64,000 nucleotides of DNA from a virus, in IMG/VR virus record IMGVR_UViG_3300048080_000657. The stretch is one strand, 5' to 3'. Below, piece after piece: positions 41,314 through 52,435 of the stretch (its first letter is position 1; every line of letters begins with the position of its first letter). Made by a program: the position numbers and the translations under genes. The notes under the pieces were generated by a model. That model saw nothing but the letters and a program-made list of their open reading frames with translations. It was not told where the DNA came from and did no database searches.

Positions 41314-41944
41314 TCACCGAAGGACTGAAAGGTGAGGAGGCTACAATGCTAATTTGGCTGGCTTGCCTGCTCCTGGGGCACAAGACCGTCAGCAAGGTCG
41401 CCATTGGCGAAAAGTACGACTACATCAATCCGATAACTGGGCTCCCGGACAAGGGGCAGGATTTCACCTTTGTCCGGCTCGGCTTCTGTGCGCGGTGCGG
41501 TCATAAGGTCCACGACGGGAAGGCGTACCCGATGGTGTCCAAACAAGACCTCGCAGAGCACCAATCTACTGAAAGATGAGGTTCGGGCCATGAATGAGAC
41601 GCAGATCGCTAAGTTGAAGACCATCCATGGGGACTATCGTATAGACTGGCCCGACGCGATATTTGCGCCTTGGGATGCTCCTCCGATTGGCATGCGGGTT
41701 CGGCGTGGGAACATGACGGGCAAGGTGATTGGCATAGACGATCGCGAGGAACTTCCCGACCGTGTCCACGGAGAATGCCTGAGCTGCTCCTGCCCGAATT
41801 TGAATCCTTGCTTCGGATGGTGGAAGATCGAATCGGAGCAGTACATGAAGGACGGGAAGCCGCAGGTGCTGCTCGAGTATCCGCCAGCTTGGGTTCCGGC
41901 CGAGACGAGTAGGTCACTAATCAACTGAAAAGTGAGGTAAGACG

Positions 41945-42073
41945 ATGGAAGTCCTGTTTGTAATAGCCGGATTCGGGGTTGGTTTTCTCGTCGCGCTCTA
42001 CCTTACGGCCAGGGTGCGGAGAAGCCACCAAACCAATCAACCGAAAAGTGAGCGCATAACGGAGGAAAAATGA
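41945..42073 (+). CDS. 42-aa membrane peptide (paralog of 49059..49166)
   Basis: MEVLFVIAGFGVGFLVALYL; translated by hand, below the ORF-track cutoff. Confidence 0.65.
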   Translation: MEVLFVIAGFGVGFLVALYLTARVRRSHQTNQPKSERITEEK

Positions 42074-42444
42074 AGCTGCAAGACCTACCTCGGGACTTGG
42101 TCGGCGGAGCACTTGTAGAGTACAAGAATAACTGCGGGTTCGATCTTGAGTACGGTCGGGCCACGATCACCGACATGGGCATGGACGGCGAGATGTTCTT
42201 CATCAAGACCGACCGGAAGGACGCCTTCCTGACCCAGAACGTCTCCCCGATGGTTGAGAGGATGGGTTTCACGGCCGAAGTCCAGAAGCAGGGAGAGATC
42301 TACTTGATTCGCTCCTCGATGGGGTGGCGCTACGCACTCGCCCCCAAAGGTGTCGAGATTCCCCAGCGGCCCCACTGGCTGGCCGTGAGCGACGACGAGT
42401 TCGACAACTCTGTGAAGAAGACTCTAATGGGACGGTCAGACTAA
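42070..42444 (+). CDS. cassette hypothetical protein
   Basis: SD GGAGG; stop directly before site 42445. Confidence 0.65.
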   Translation: MKLQDLPRDLVGGALVEYKNNCGFDLEYGRATITDMGMDGEMFFIKTDRKDAFLTQNVSPMVERMGFTAEVQKQGEIYLIRSSMGWRYALAPKGVEIPQRPHWLAVSDDEFDNSVKKTLMGRSD

Positions 42445-42519
42445 TCACGAATCAACTAAAAGGTGAGGACGGCACGGAAGAGTGCCAGTTCATGTACAGG
42501 CAGATAAAGGAGAACGCCC

Positions 42520-43587
42520 ATGCGCTTTGACGTCTCGAATGTTCGGGTCGAAAGCCACGCCGCTCGGCTGTCCTCGCATGTGGATCAGATGAAGCGGATG
42601 GTCGGTTCCAGCGTCGAGTCCGTTTCGAAGCCGCCCAAAGGGCAGATCATCTGCAGCTCGGCTGGGAACCAGCTCGTGGAAGCCGTCGGCGTGGCGTTCG
42701 CCAAGCACTACCCGCTCGTTCTGTCCCCGGACGCCATCTGGCTCACCGTGGCCCAGGGCCTCGCCAACCACATCAACCGGCACGCCGAGGACGTCCGGAA
42801 GAAGTTCGTCGCCCACCAAGGCAAGGCGCAGATCGTGATCCAGCGCGACGGCTTCATCAAGGGCGCTCAGGACAACGACTGGGAGGGGGTGTTCGCGGAG
42901 TTCTCGGACAAGATCAAGAGGCACATCGGGGACGCCAACCACAAGATGATCGTGGCCGACTTCTCCACGACAGGAGCCATGGAGCGCGCCGCCTCCGAAG
43001 TCGTCCTCATTGACGCGATGCAGTCCTACTTCGAATACGGGGAGATAACGTGTTGCGGCATCCCGAACATCGAGCTGACCGGCACGGCCGAGGACTGGGA
43101 GCGGCTCCGGGACAAGGTGAACGGCTGGGTCTTCGATGGGGTGGCCGATCTTTCCTGGTGGACGACGCCGCTCAAGCGGGTGTTAGACGCCTTCGTGGCG
43201 GCGTCCAAGGGAGTCATCGACCGGGAGTGGTGGGAGTCCTTCTACAAGGAGGACTCCGGATCTGGATCCGGAGCCGTCTCCAAGGTCTCCGGCTGGATCA
43301 ACTGGCTCTTCCCGTACACGAACGACTGGCAGAAGAAGCTCACCCGTAACAGCAAGGTCGGCGTGTCGGGCTTGGAGTACGGCGACGGCCTGCAGGAAAG
43401 CGACTACCCGGGTTCGCTCTCCAAGGCCCCATTCGAGTGGAACTACTTCGGCAACCTCTTCGACATGGAGCTGCTGGCCGGGGTGAGTGCCGTGGCGCAG
43501 GATCAGACGACCTGCGCGATCACGCCGAACGTTGGCTGGGCCGTCCGCGAGATCGGCAAGACGAAGAAGCCCAAGATCAAGTGGTAG
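42520..43587 (+). CDS. DUF4419 family protein
   Basis: AF..HYPLVLSPDAIWL...QG, ADFSTT, M.SYFEY..CGIP.I.L.GT.EDW..L, VSGWI. Confidence 0.82.
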   Translation: MRFDVSNVRVESHAARLSSHVDQMKRMVGSSVESVSKPPKGQIICSSAGNQLVEAVGVAFAKHYPLVLSPDAIWLTVAQGLANHINRHAEDVRKKFVAHQGKAQIVIQRDGFIKGAQDNDWEGVFAEFSDKIKRHIGDANHKMIVADFSTTGAMERAASEVVLIDAMQSYFEYGEITCCGIPNIELTGTAEDWERLRDKVNGWVFDGVADLSWWTTPLKRVLDAFVAASKGVIDREWWESFYKEDSGSGSGAVSKVSGWINWLFPYTNDWQKKLTRNSKVGVSGLEYGDGLQESDYPGSLSKAPFEWNYFGNLFDMELLAGVSAVAQDQTTCAITPNVGWAVREIGKTKKPKIKW

Positions 43588-43633
43588 GACGCGCCAGATC
43601 ACGAATCTACTAAAAGGTGAGGAATAGCGCGCT

Positions 43634-43798
43634 ATGAACATAAAGCACCGCCATCAGATCACGTTTCGGATGAAGCCCGGCGAGGTGCGTGCTCTAGATC
43701 GCTTGGCCAAGCGGCAGGAAATCAGTCGGGCCGAACTGGTGCGGCGCATTCTCCTGAAGGCGTGTCCGGGCTGGAAGCACGATTCCACTAAAAGGTGA
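43634..43798 (+). CDS. ribbon-helix-helix (CopG-like) protein
   Basis: ITFRMKPGEVRALDRLAKRQEISRAELVRRIL; hand-translated. Confidence 0.7.
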   Translation: MNIKHRHQITFRMKPGEVRALDRLAKRQEISRAELVRRILLKACPGWKHDSTKR

Positions 43799-44383
43799 GG
43801 AATATGCCCATCACGCCAGCGCCCATAGGTGAGGACATTCGGTTGTTCTGCCCTCGATGCAATAAAGAGGTGGCGAAGATTCATGGCGCCCTGTTCGAGA
43901 GGATCAAGAAGGACTACCCGATGTTCTGCGTCTACCACCCGGAATGCGAGGGCTTGAAAGCTGGAGAAGTCTTGAGGCTTCCGTCCGACTGGCTAGAGGA
44001 TCCTTCGGATGGCCCGGAGTGCGTGGGTGGAGCGCACCAATCCACCAAAAGGTGAGGTCGGCTCAGAAACCGATAGAAGAGGGCTAAGGAGAACAGAATG
44101 AACGGAAGCCTAAATACTCCGGGGTTCAGAGCGGCCTACCGCAAAGGTTACGAAGCAGGGAAAGCCGGAAGGTCGGATAGGGGATGTCCCTACAAGGCCA
44201 AGAGACCGACGGGCCGCTACACGTTTGCGGAGGTCATGCTTTCTAGGTGGATGGAAGGGTGGAGACATGGAAGGGCCGGGATTCGGTCCCGTCTCGTTGC
44301 GGAAGGTCACCAAGCCGATTCGCCAGTGGCACAGAAGGTAGAAAGTGCGGATCACCAATCCCCTAAAAGGTGAGGAAAACCGG

Positions 44384-45367
44384 ATGAACATGAGCGCATG
44401 GATGATGCTCGGGTTTGGGATCATGGTCCTACTGTTTTACATCGCCATCGTCATCAGGTACCGACCGCGCACGAATTCAGCGGCCGAGCCGGCGAACTCC
44501 CATCCGGGCCGGGTGATCCCGCCCGGCATGCCAATCATCCGCGCCCTCAAGGAGGCGGGCGGCGATCTGCGCGAGCTGCAGAGCCAAGCCATCACGCCCG
44601 CCGGCGGCCGTCTGCCGTTCAGGTCTGGACAGTGGCTCCGCAACAAGCTGGACGGCACCCTCGTGGCGTATGTGGGCCCGAGCGGACTACCGGATTACAA
44701 CTGGCTCGAGGCGTCCGTCCTCCGTCCTTATCTCGACCACGCCGACCACTACGAACCCGCGTTCCCCCGTGAGGGCGAGTGGTGGCAGAAGAGGCCGTGC
44801 CTCAAGATACATCCCCTACCGAAGGACACTGCATGGTGCGCCAGCCCGCTCCAATGGTGCTACACGGTCGGCGACTACACGAGCCCGAGGTGCGGCACAT
44901 CAAAGCCGGGTTGGGATATGATGTTCGCCAGTGAGCGGAACGCCTGCGAGTGCGGCTGCCTCGCGCCCGTCAACTTCGGCTTTGGGAAGGGGCTGACCGC
45001 GTTCCCTCGCATGCGCATTGTCAATGACCATGCCAAGATCGCGGAGCGACCCCGGTTCCGTGTGGGCCAGTGGGTGCGCGTCCGCTCCACTCGGTTCCTC
45101 GCCAAGCTGGTCAGTGCAGGGGGAGAAGGCTGGTGGAGCGTCGCCGAGTCTGTCGACCAGCTTAGCCATGTGGGGACTCCTGAGAGCAACCTTGAGCCCG
45201 CCCTGCCACGCGAGGGCGAGTGGTGGGAGAGCGATCACGTCGGCATCACGCGGGAGCCGTTTCAGTGGGAACGCCAGGGCGTCTTCGCCACCTTCGGTGA
45301 TGCATATCTCGCTCTCTGCGTCGATGAGGGCTGTTTGCGTCCTGTCAACTTCGGGCGAGGAAAGTGA
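44384..45367 (+). CDS. membrane-anchored protein with an internally duplicated domain
   Basis: N-terminal TM; FR.GQW.R...EPA.PREGEWW...CL.PVNFG.G occurs twice. Confidence 0.7.
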   Translation: MNMSAWMMLGFGIMVLLFYIAIVIRYRPRTNSAAEPANSHPGRVIPPGMPIIRALKEAGGDLRELQSQAITPAGGRLPFRSGQWLRNKLDGTLVAYVGPSGLPDYNWLEASVLRPYLDHADHYEPAFPREGEWWQKRPCLKIHPLPKDTAWCASPLQWCYTVGDYTSPRCGTSKPGWDMMFASERNACECGCLAPVNFGFGKGLTAFPRMRIVNDHAKIAERPRFRVGQWVRVRSTRFLAKLVSAGGEGWWSVAESVDQLSHVGTPESNLEPALPREGEWWESDHVGITREPFQWERQGVFATFGDAYLALCVDEGCLRPVNFGRGK

Positions 45368-45405
45368 GCCGAGTTTCAGATCACCAATCCTCTGTTTAGT
45401 GAGCT

Positions 45406-45963
45406 GTGAAGAATAAACCGTGCCTGGGGAAGTGGAGCCGTCACACTTGGAAGACACTTCCCAATGCCCGCCAACTCTGCCAGCGCCCAGGGTGCATGAA
45501 ACTCAATCCTCTCGGAGTTCCTGCATTCGTACGGTTCTGGGATCACGTTGAACTACACGGAAAGTGCTGGTTATACACCGGCCAAAAGAATGCGGATGGT
45601 TATGGGCTGTGGACCATCAAGGAAGCTGGCATTAAGAGGAATGTCAAGGCCCACCGCTATTCATTCTTCCTCTATTATGGATATCTACCCTATGGCGCAG
45701 AAGAGCTGGATCATACTTGCGACAACCGAGCGTGCGTAAATCCGGATCACCTTACAGTCAAGACCCATCTAAAGAATATCAGGCGGATGAAGAGGTTTCA
45801 TTTTGCGAAACTGACTCCGCAGATAGCTCATGAGATTCGGAAACTCACAGGAGCTGGAGGTAGTGTAAAAGACATCGCGAAGCGTTACAGAGTTTCCGAG
45901 ATTACGATATATCGCATTCGCAGTGGGATCACGTGGAAGGTTGACGCATCACCAAAGCCATGA
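45406..45963 (+). CDS. HNH (His-Me) endonuclease
   Basis: CWLYTG..N.DGYG; KAHRYS; ELDHTCDNRACVNPDHL. Confidence 0.88.
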   Translation: MKNKPCLGKWSRHTWKTLPNARQLCQRPGCMKLNPLGVPAFVRFWDHVELHGKCWLYTGQKNADGYGLWTIKEAGIKRNVKAHRYSFFLYYGYLPYGAEELDHTCDNRACVNPDHLTVKTHLKNIRRMKRFHFAKLTPQIAHEIRKLTGAGGSVKDIAKRYRVSEITIYRIRSGITWKVDASPKP

Positions 45964-46809
45964 AAGGTGAGGACGAGATGATGAACTCCGACGCGGAGCG
46001 TGAAGGTGCCCATAAGGAAAGAGACAGGATCCTGAAGGCTCTCAAGGTCTGGCGGACACAGTACGAATCCTCGATGCCAGGGCCTTATGACCTGAACGCC
46101 ATCTGCCGGACCTGTGTGGATTCGGCCATTAGGATTGTCGAGCAGGAATGCCCTGAAAGGTGAACGGGATGAACCTCGAAGACGTTGATTTCAGGAATCT
46201 CGATCCGCTGGAGACGATCAAGAAACTCAGGTCCTTCGGGAAGCCCGGACTTGAGCCTCTGGTTCTGTGGATTGCCAGGGGTTACGCCTACGACAAGGCG
46301 AATCACGCCGTTCGCGTCTCGATTGCCGATGGCGAGAGGGAGGCGGAAGGATTGATTCGCCAGGCGGGATCACCAAATCCCCGAAAGGTGAGGTCAGCAA
46401 CGTAAGCCATGAGCCACAAGAGGAGGCGTCAGTTCACCTGTGGAGCTTGCTGCAAGAGGTTTAACTGGAGTGAGCGAGTGAAGGAGTTTCTGGGTCGTTG
46501 GCATTGTGGGCCGTGCTGGAGTAGGTGGACTTCAAGAAACCTGACGACGAATCACACAAGCCCTGAAAGGTGAGGCTGCGGATGAAGCGGAACGCTATCG
46601 CGGAATTGGAAATGCGCAGGAGAGCTCTCAGGGAGTGCTACACCGAACGCCGTATGTCCTTGGCCGAGGGGATGCTGGAGGGATTCTGGATCATCGGGCT
46701 TCTAACCCAGAATGAATGCGTGAAATGGCAGGACAGGCTTTACGAGATTCGTAAGCAGTGGCTGGTTCGAAGGGAAATCGAATCACAGAATCCATAAAAG
46801 GTGAAGACG

Positions 46810-47025
46810 ATGGAGACGGAACTGAACGGCGTCATTGGCGCTGTTTATGAGGACCCTGCTACCCACTGGATCATGTTGCGGATTGACGACTGCGAATGTC
46901 ATGGGGCTTCTGTAGTCTTGCCGCATGTGCTTCGTATCAGAGAGCTTCCCGTGGACGAGAAATGGCTCGCAGACCGACGAGGGAAGAGGATCTGTGTCCA
47001 GACATCCGTGCTGGTGGAGCAGTAA
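46810..47025 (+). CDS. cassette hypothetical protein (paralog of 41098..41313)
   Basis: See paralog. Confidence 0.75.
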   Translation: METELNGVIGAVYEDPATHWIMLRIDDCECHGASVVLPHVLRIRELPVDEKWLADRRGKRICVQTSVLVEQ

Positions 47026-49058
47026 GGTCACCAAAGCGATAAAAGGTGAGGTGGAAAGATGCGCTTCTGGAGGCCGAAGTCTTGGTGGAAGACGCCCTTC
47101 CCGTTCTTCCGGCTCTTGATGGAGCCCTTCGTCTCGATCATTGTCGAGGAGCCTGTTAGCTACAAGGAGAATGGCTATCCGTTCAGCGTGCGCCTCTCTT
47201 TTTTAGCCGGACGTCCCTGGCTAAGGCTTCGGCTCTGGTACTGGCAGATCAGCATCATTGCCGACATCCTCCGTGGAATTGGGTTCAGAAACCGGTGGTA
47301 TTGGCGCTGGTGGCGCACGTCCCCGGAGGGATGGTTCACGATGGGGCAGTGGGAAGAATCACGGAAGCGATGAAAGGTGAGGTGATGAGATCGAGGCCGA
47401 AGTGGACGGTGTGCTACAACATCGTGAGCCTGGAGTCCGACCGGTGGATCGGTCACGGCTGGGAATTCTTCGATGAGGACGCCCAAGCGATCTCATGCTA
47501 CGAGCGGCACAACAAGGCGGGCAACTGCGCCACCAAGCGGCGGTACTACCATCCGACCGACTATGAGCATCTGGGAGCGGCCCACCGGTTCTGGGCCGAA
47601 CGGGAGCTCTCAGAGCACCAATCTATTGAAAGGGCCAAGGAACTCCTTGAGGATCTTGCTCACAGAACTAATGAAAGGTGAGGTCCGTGAAACCTAAGAA
47701 GCACGTTCACGAATTCGGTCCGTGGCATTGCAGGAACGGTTGCCCGGTGCAGATTCGGCTGTGCTTGGTCGATGGGTGCCGGGCGCGGATGGACATGGAC
47801 GGGAAGGTTAGGGTAGACCGTAAATCCGACGATCCGCACCAATCTATTGAAAGGTGACATCATGGATCAGACAGAGATGGACGCGAAGAATCGGTTCCTA
47901 GTCGAGCAGTTCCTTGAACGGCTGGCGCCAGGCGAGGTCATCGCGGCCGTCATGACGCTCCGGGTCGACGGGAAGGGCTTCGCCTGGTACCCGGCCGTCG
48001 AACGGCAGTCCGGCGCGCTGCTGGACCTGCTCCGCAAGAAGCCGGATGAGGTCTACATCGAGCGGCGCTCATAGATGTCTTGAAAAGTGAGGAAGCATAC
48101 ATGAAGAATCTGCTCGCGATCCTACTAGCGGTGGTCTTGGTCGGCTGCGAGACGAAGGCAGAACCGACCGTCACGGGTCCGTGGAAGAAGCTCGGGGAAG
48201 TCTCCAATGGGGCCGGAACGGGCACGGTCTTCTGGACCGTGAACACGGAGACTGGAGACCGGGTGTACGTCCTGGTCGGGGGGCATGTGGGCGGCGTGTA
48301 CGTACTCCCCGGAAAGACCCCGGCGGAATCACCGAACCGTTGAAAAGTGAGGCGGCATAATGAATCACGTCCCTTGTAGCCCTTGTACCTGCGGATGCAG
48401 AGTCTTCGGGATCACCGCTTTGGTTGACGCCAGAGGAGAACCTTGGTCTTCGCATATGCTGACATGCATCCGTTGTGGGAAGCGGTGGATCCCCAATGGC
48501 CCAGACCTCACCGCGGCCGACAAATGGCTCGACATGTTTGCTCCTCCCGATCACCAATCTGTTGAAAGGTGATGCAATGCCCGAAATGACACCAGAAGAT
48601 CGCGAGGAACTGATCCGGCTGGATAGGACGACGCCTGAAGAAGTTCAGGAGTTGATCCGGCGAGAGCGCATTTGCACGGCCCGGACGCAGATTCGTGAGG
48701 CGAAGTCTCGCCTTCAGGATCTCCAGGCGGAAGCTTTCGCTGAGATGGAGAAGATAAGGAAATGCACCGAACTCCTTCATGAACTTGGAGCCGATCCTGA
48801 CGGGTGGGACTAGGGAAACGCGCCAATCTGCTAAAAGGTGACATATGGGAGCGAAGTGCATCAGTCATCCGGGCCATGAGCTGGCATTCCGGGTTCCTCC
48901 TGATCCGGATTGTCGATGCCCAATCTGTCTTCGCCATCGGGCGGAGGCTCGGCGCGTGGGACGATGCTCCGAGGCCTGCGTCGTGTGTTTTGACGCGATT
49001 GATAGGGGTGTGAATCCTCCAGTCGATTCATCGAAGGCCTGAAAGGTGAGGTAAGACG

Positions 49059-49166
49059 ATGGAAGTCCTGTTTGTAATGGCCGGATTCGGGCTTGGTTTT
49101 CTCGTCGCGCTCTGCCTTCATGAGCGGTCCGGATGCGGAGAAGCACACCAATCTGCCGAAAGGTGA
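49059..49166 (+). CDS. 35-aa membrane peptide (paralog of 41945..42073)
   Basis: MEVLFVMAGFGLGFLVALCL; stop supplied by site 49145. Confidence 0.65.
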   Translation: MEVLFVMAGFGLGFLVALCLHERSGCGEAHQSAER

Positions 49167-50310
49167 GCCGGAAACATGGACAAGCCTTGCGAGAAGTGCG
49201 GTCACCCAGGGCCGTTCATCCCGAAGAGCATTCCCGATCCCGATCCGCGGAAGGGGATGAAGGTCTGCTGTACCGCTTGCGGAAAGGACATCACCTACGA
49301 CACCCATCAATGGAGGCACGAGCCCGATGGCCGCTGGGTCTGTTGCGATTGTATGGCTTCGACGAAAGCGCTCCGCGATATGACGCACAAATCCGCTGAA
49401 AGGTGAGGAGAATGAGCACTCGCGAGGAAAGACGGGCAGAGTTCGATGCGGCACTGAAAGCAGCCTTGAACTTGAGGCCCCTCTATGCTGCCATGGATGA
49501 GGAAGACCGGGTCGCACTTGTCAGGCGCTATCCGGATCCCGATCGATCACTCGGCGCGCTCTTCAAGGGCCCGCTGATCCAGTTGTTCGATCGGGCCGAT
49601 GACCTCCGGGCCCTCGATCACCAATCCGCAGAAAGGTGAGGCCCATGAAAGCGATCTTGAGTCCGGAAGAGAGGGCGGCTGGGTATTGCGATTGTTGCAG
49701 GAATTGCACACCCGAGAGGATGTGCCCAGCCTGCAAACAGATCGCTGAGGAGATCCGGGGAGCGCTTCAAGACGACCGGAAGCGCATCATCGCCGCTTTC
49801 GAGACGGCATGGGCTGCCCTAGGTGACAAGGATTGGGCTTGGAAAGAATCCCTGCTCTTCAAGATCAGGACGGGCCCTGACGAGACGCGTCAATCCGTAG
49901 AAAGGTGAGCTGGAAGTGGAACGAAGGACGATCCGCGGCGATCGCTCACTGGCGCCCTACTGGCACAGGAGCCAGACATTGAAGAACACGGAGCGGCTCT
50001 ATTGCCCCTGTGGATGCTTGGTCTACGACGGGCCGAAGCCGAACTTCGCGCGGATCAGCTGCCCGAAGTGTAAGAGGGTGACGGATGTCCCCAGGAATCC
50101 GCGCCAATCCGCCAAAAGGTGAGGGATTATGAACACGCCCATGGAAAAACGGATTCTAGAGAGCGTTGACCGCATCGACAAGCATGCCCAAGCGATCAGG
50201 TCTTTGCTCTTTGAAATCAGGAGGCTGTCCGTCGAGAAAGGCAACTGCAAGGATATCTGGCAGTTGGCCAACGAAGCTCTGAAGCACATTTCAGCCGAAA
50301 GGTGAGCGCG

Positions 50311-50556
50311 ATGAAGTGTGATGCCACTAAAGGCTGGTGTGCGTGCGGGGAGTTCCACGCAAAGCAGGAACCACCAGCCGCTCCCACGCCTGCAGCGATC
50401 GATGTATCTGCCGTAGCCAAGGAGCTTGGTCGCCGAGGTGGCCTCAAAGGAGGCCCAGCCAGAGCGAAGAAACTGTCTCCCGAACGCCGATCAGCGATCT
50501 CCAAGAAGGCGGCCGAGGTGCGATGGAGCTATCCGTTTGGAACCCCAAGAATTTAG
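50311..50556 (+). CDS. small basic protein with G..GG.KGG.ARA..L..E.R motif
   Basis: AKELGRRGGLKGGPARAKKLSPERRSAISKKAAEVRW. Confidence 0.65.
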   Translation: MKCDATKGWCACGEFHAKQEPPAAPTPAAIDVSAVAKELGRRGGLKGGPARAKKLSPERRSAISKKAAEVRWSYPFGTPRI

Positions 50557-50706
50557 TGAAATGCCGCAAGGTGAACAGAGTCCGATGGTAAACTCCGGGA
50601 TCGCTTCCGCGAGGGCGCGGCGGGGCCGCCGCAGGGACGCGGCAAGTCCCGGCCTCTGAGGAACCGGCTCTCTCCGGGGCCGCGTCCTTGCGGCAGCGAT
50701 AGTTGC

Positions 50707-50736
50707 TTGCCTGAGATATGGTATACGTGGTATACT
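50707..50736 (+). promoter_or_regulatory. sigma70-type promoter with perfect operator-like palindrome
   Basis: TTGCCT-18-TATACT; GTATAC-GTGG-TATAC. Confidence 0.7.
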
Positions 50737-52039
50737 TCCGACGCCGATGAAGGATCTCCTATTGGATTTGGGGCTTGCCTTCATCTTCGGATGGGGTGTG
50801 TGCTGGATCGCGACCTTCAACCTGGAGACCGGGAATGTGCGCCGCTGGCTGGGAGGCCACGTCCATCCCGGCTATTTCCGGTATAACAAAAAGGAGAGAG
50901 GCTCATGAAAACCGCGCAGAAGGCCATCCGTCACAGTAAGGCCGTCGGCAAGAAAAAGTCCGTTCTGTCCGAGCTCAAGCAACGGATCGACTCCTTGGAA
51001 AGAAGACTCTCCAGGGAGTGCGAGCGAATCGAGGCATGCCGTATCGCGATCGAAAGGGCCGGCCTGATGCCCTATATGCCGACGGCCGCACGACCGATGA
51101 AGGCCAAGCTTGTCAAGATTGTTGAGGAGATGAGGACAGGATTCCCGAGTTCCCCTGGTCGGCATCGCGAAAGACCATGAAACTGATCCGCTGGTTCCTG
51201 TGCAAGCTGGACATCCGGCACCGCCTCACCGAGGCTTGGCTGCCGCTGAAAGGCAGCGGATTGACGCGGGAGACAGCGGCTCTATGGGGCAGCAAGGTGG
51301 ATAGAGAGAGTGTGTCCTACTGCGTGTGCCGTGACTGTGGACAGATCATCGCCCCCTTCGAGGCTGCCTCTCGGAAGTGGCACGTGTCTACCAAAAGATG
51401 AGGAGCGCGACATGCTGACATGCATCCGTTGCACCCGCTGCAGCAAGGCCGGCGTATTCGACCTCGAGCTCGTCTTCGAGCCGAAGCACGAACGGTGCGG
51501 TTCCTGCGGACATGAGGCGGGGCACGCTTGGCACTACCGCTTTTGCACCTTCGGATGTTTTCTCGAGTGGATGAAGGAAGAGAAGGTCGCCGAGAATGGG
51601 TTGCCCTGTCAGGATTGCACAGTTCAACTGGGAATCACCACGCCCACTGGGTTCGCCGGCGGATTCAAGGAGAACGGGATCTGTAGGACCTGCGACGGCA
51701 AGAAGGCCGTTCGGGGTCGCCTCGTTGCGGTCGATCCGCTCGAGGCTGGGCCGCCCGGAAGCATAGCACACCAATAATCCAAAAGGTGAGGTCCGAATCA
51801 TGGCATACGCGCAAGGGATGAGGCTGGCCTATCTCTGTTTGGACGGCTGGGAGGGTCGTACAGAGGAACGGGTGGGAATTATCGGCGAGACGCCGAAGCG
51901 GTATCGAATCGTGTGCGACCGGCGAATCAAGTTGGCGGGTGCCCAGCGGTGGCTTGAGATAGGGAAGGATGTGCTGGTGCCGAAGTCGGCGGTTCGATTT
52001 GTGATCATCGGACCCAGCGAATCACGAAAAGCCTGAAAG

Positions 52040-52435
52040 GTGAGTGCCCTGCAAATGGTTGAGGCGGTCGATCAGGCGCGTGTCGAGGCCGTCCTGGACA
52101 TCCTGAGATCCTACAGGTTCCGCTACAGCACCGAGAAGGATCTCCAGAATGGCATTGCCAAGGCCCTGAAGGGACGGGACGTACTATTCGAGCGCGAAAA
52201 GGAGATCGGATCGAAGGGGGAGGCCATCGACTTCTTGGTCTGCGGAGGAATCGGCATCGAGGTGAAGATCAAGGGAGGTCCCTCTGACGTGGCCCGGCAA
52301 CTCATCGGATACGCCGAGTGCCAGGAGATCCGAACGGTCATCCTCGTGACTGGCCGGGCCCGACTCGGCAGGCTCCCTCCTACGCTCCAAGGCAAACCCG
52401 TCCATGTCGTGTCCCTCTGGGGGACCTTCCTGTGA
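52040..52435 (+). CDS. PD-(D/E)xK nuclease-like protein
   Basis: EKDLQ...IDFLV.GGIGIEVK...QL.GYA. Confidence 0.65.
   Translation: MSALQMVEAVDQARVEAVLDILRSYRFRYSTEKDLQNGIAKALKGRDVLFEREKEIGSKGEAIDFLVCGGIGIEVKIKGGPSDVARQLIGYAECQEIRTVILVTGRARLGRLPPTLQGKPVHVVSLWGTFL

Noticed and set aside
32567-51401. H-[EQ]-S-x-[EK]-R tail as a protein-level targeting or degradation tag
   Set aside because: Many sites are untranslated or read in other frames with the same DNA conservation, so the tail looks like a by-product. A secondary protein role is not formally excluded.
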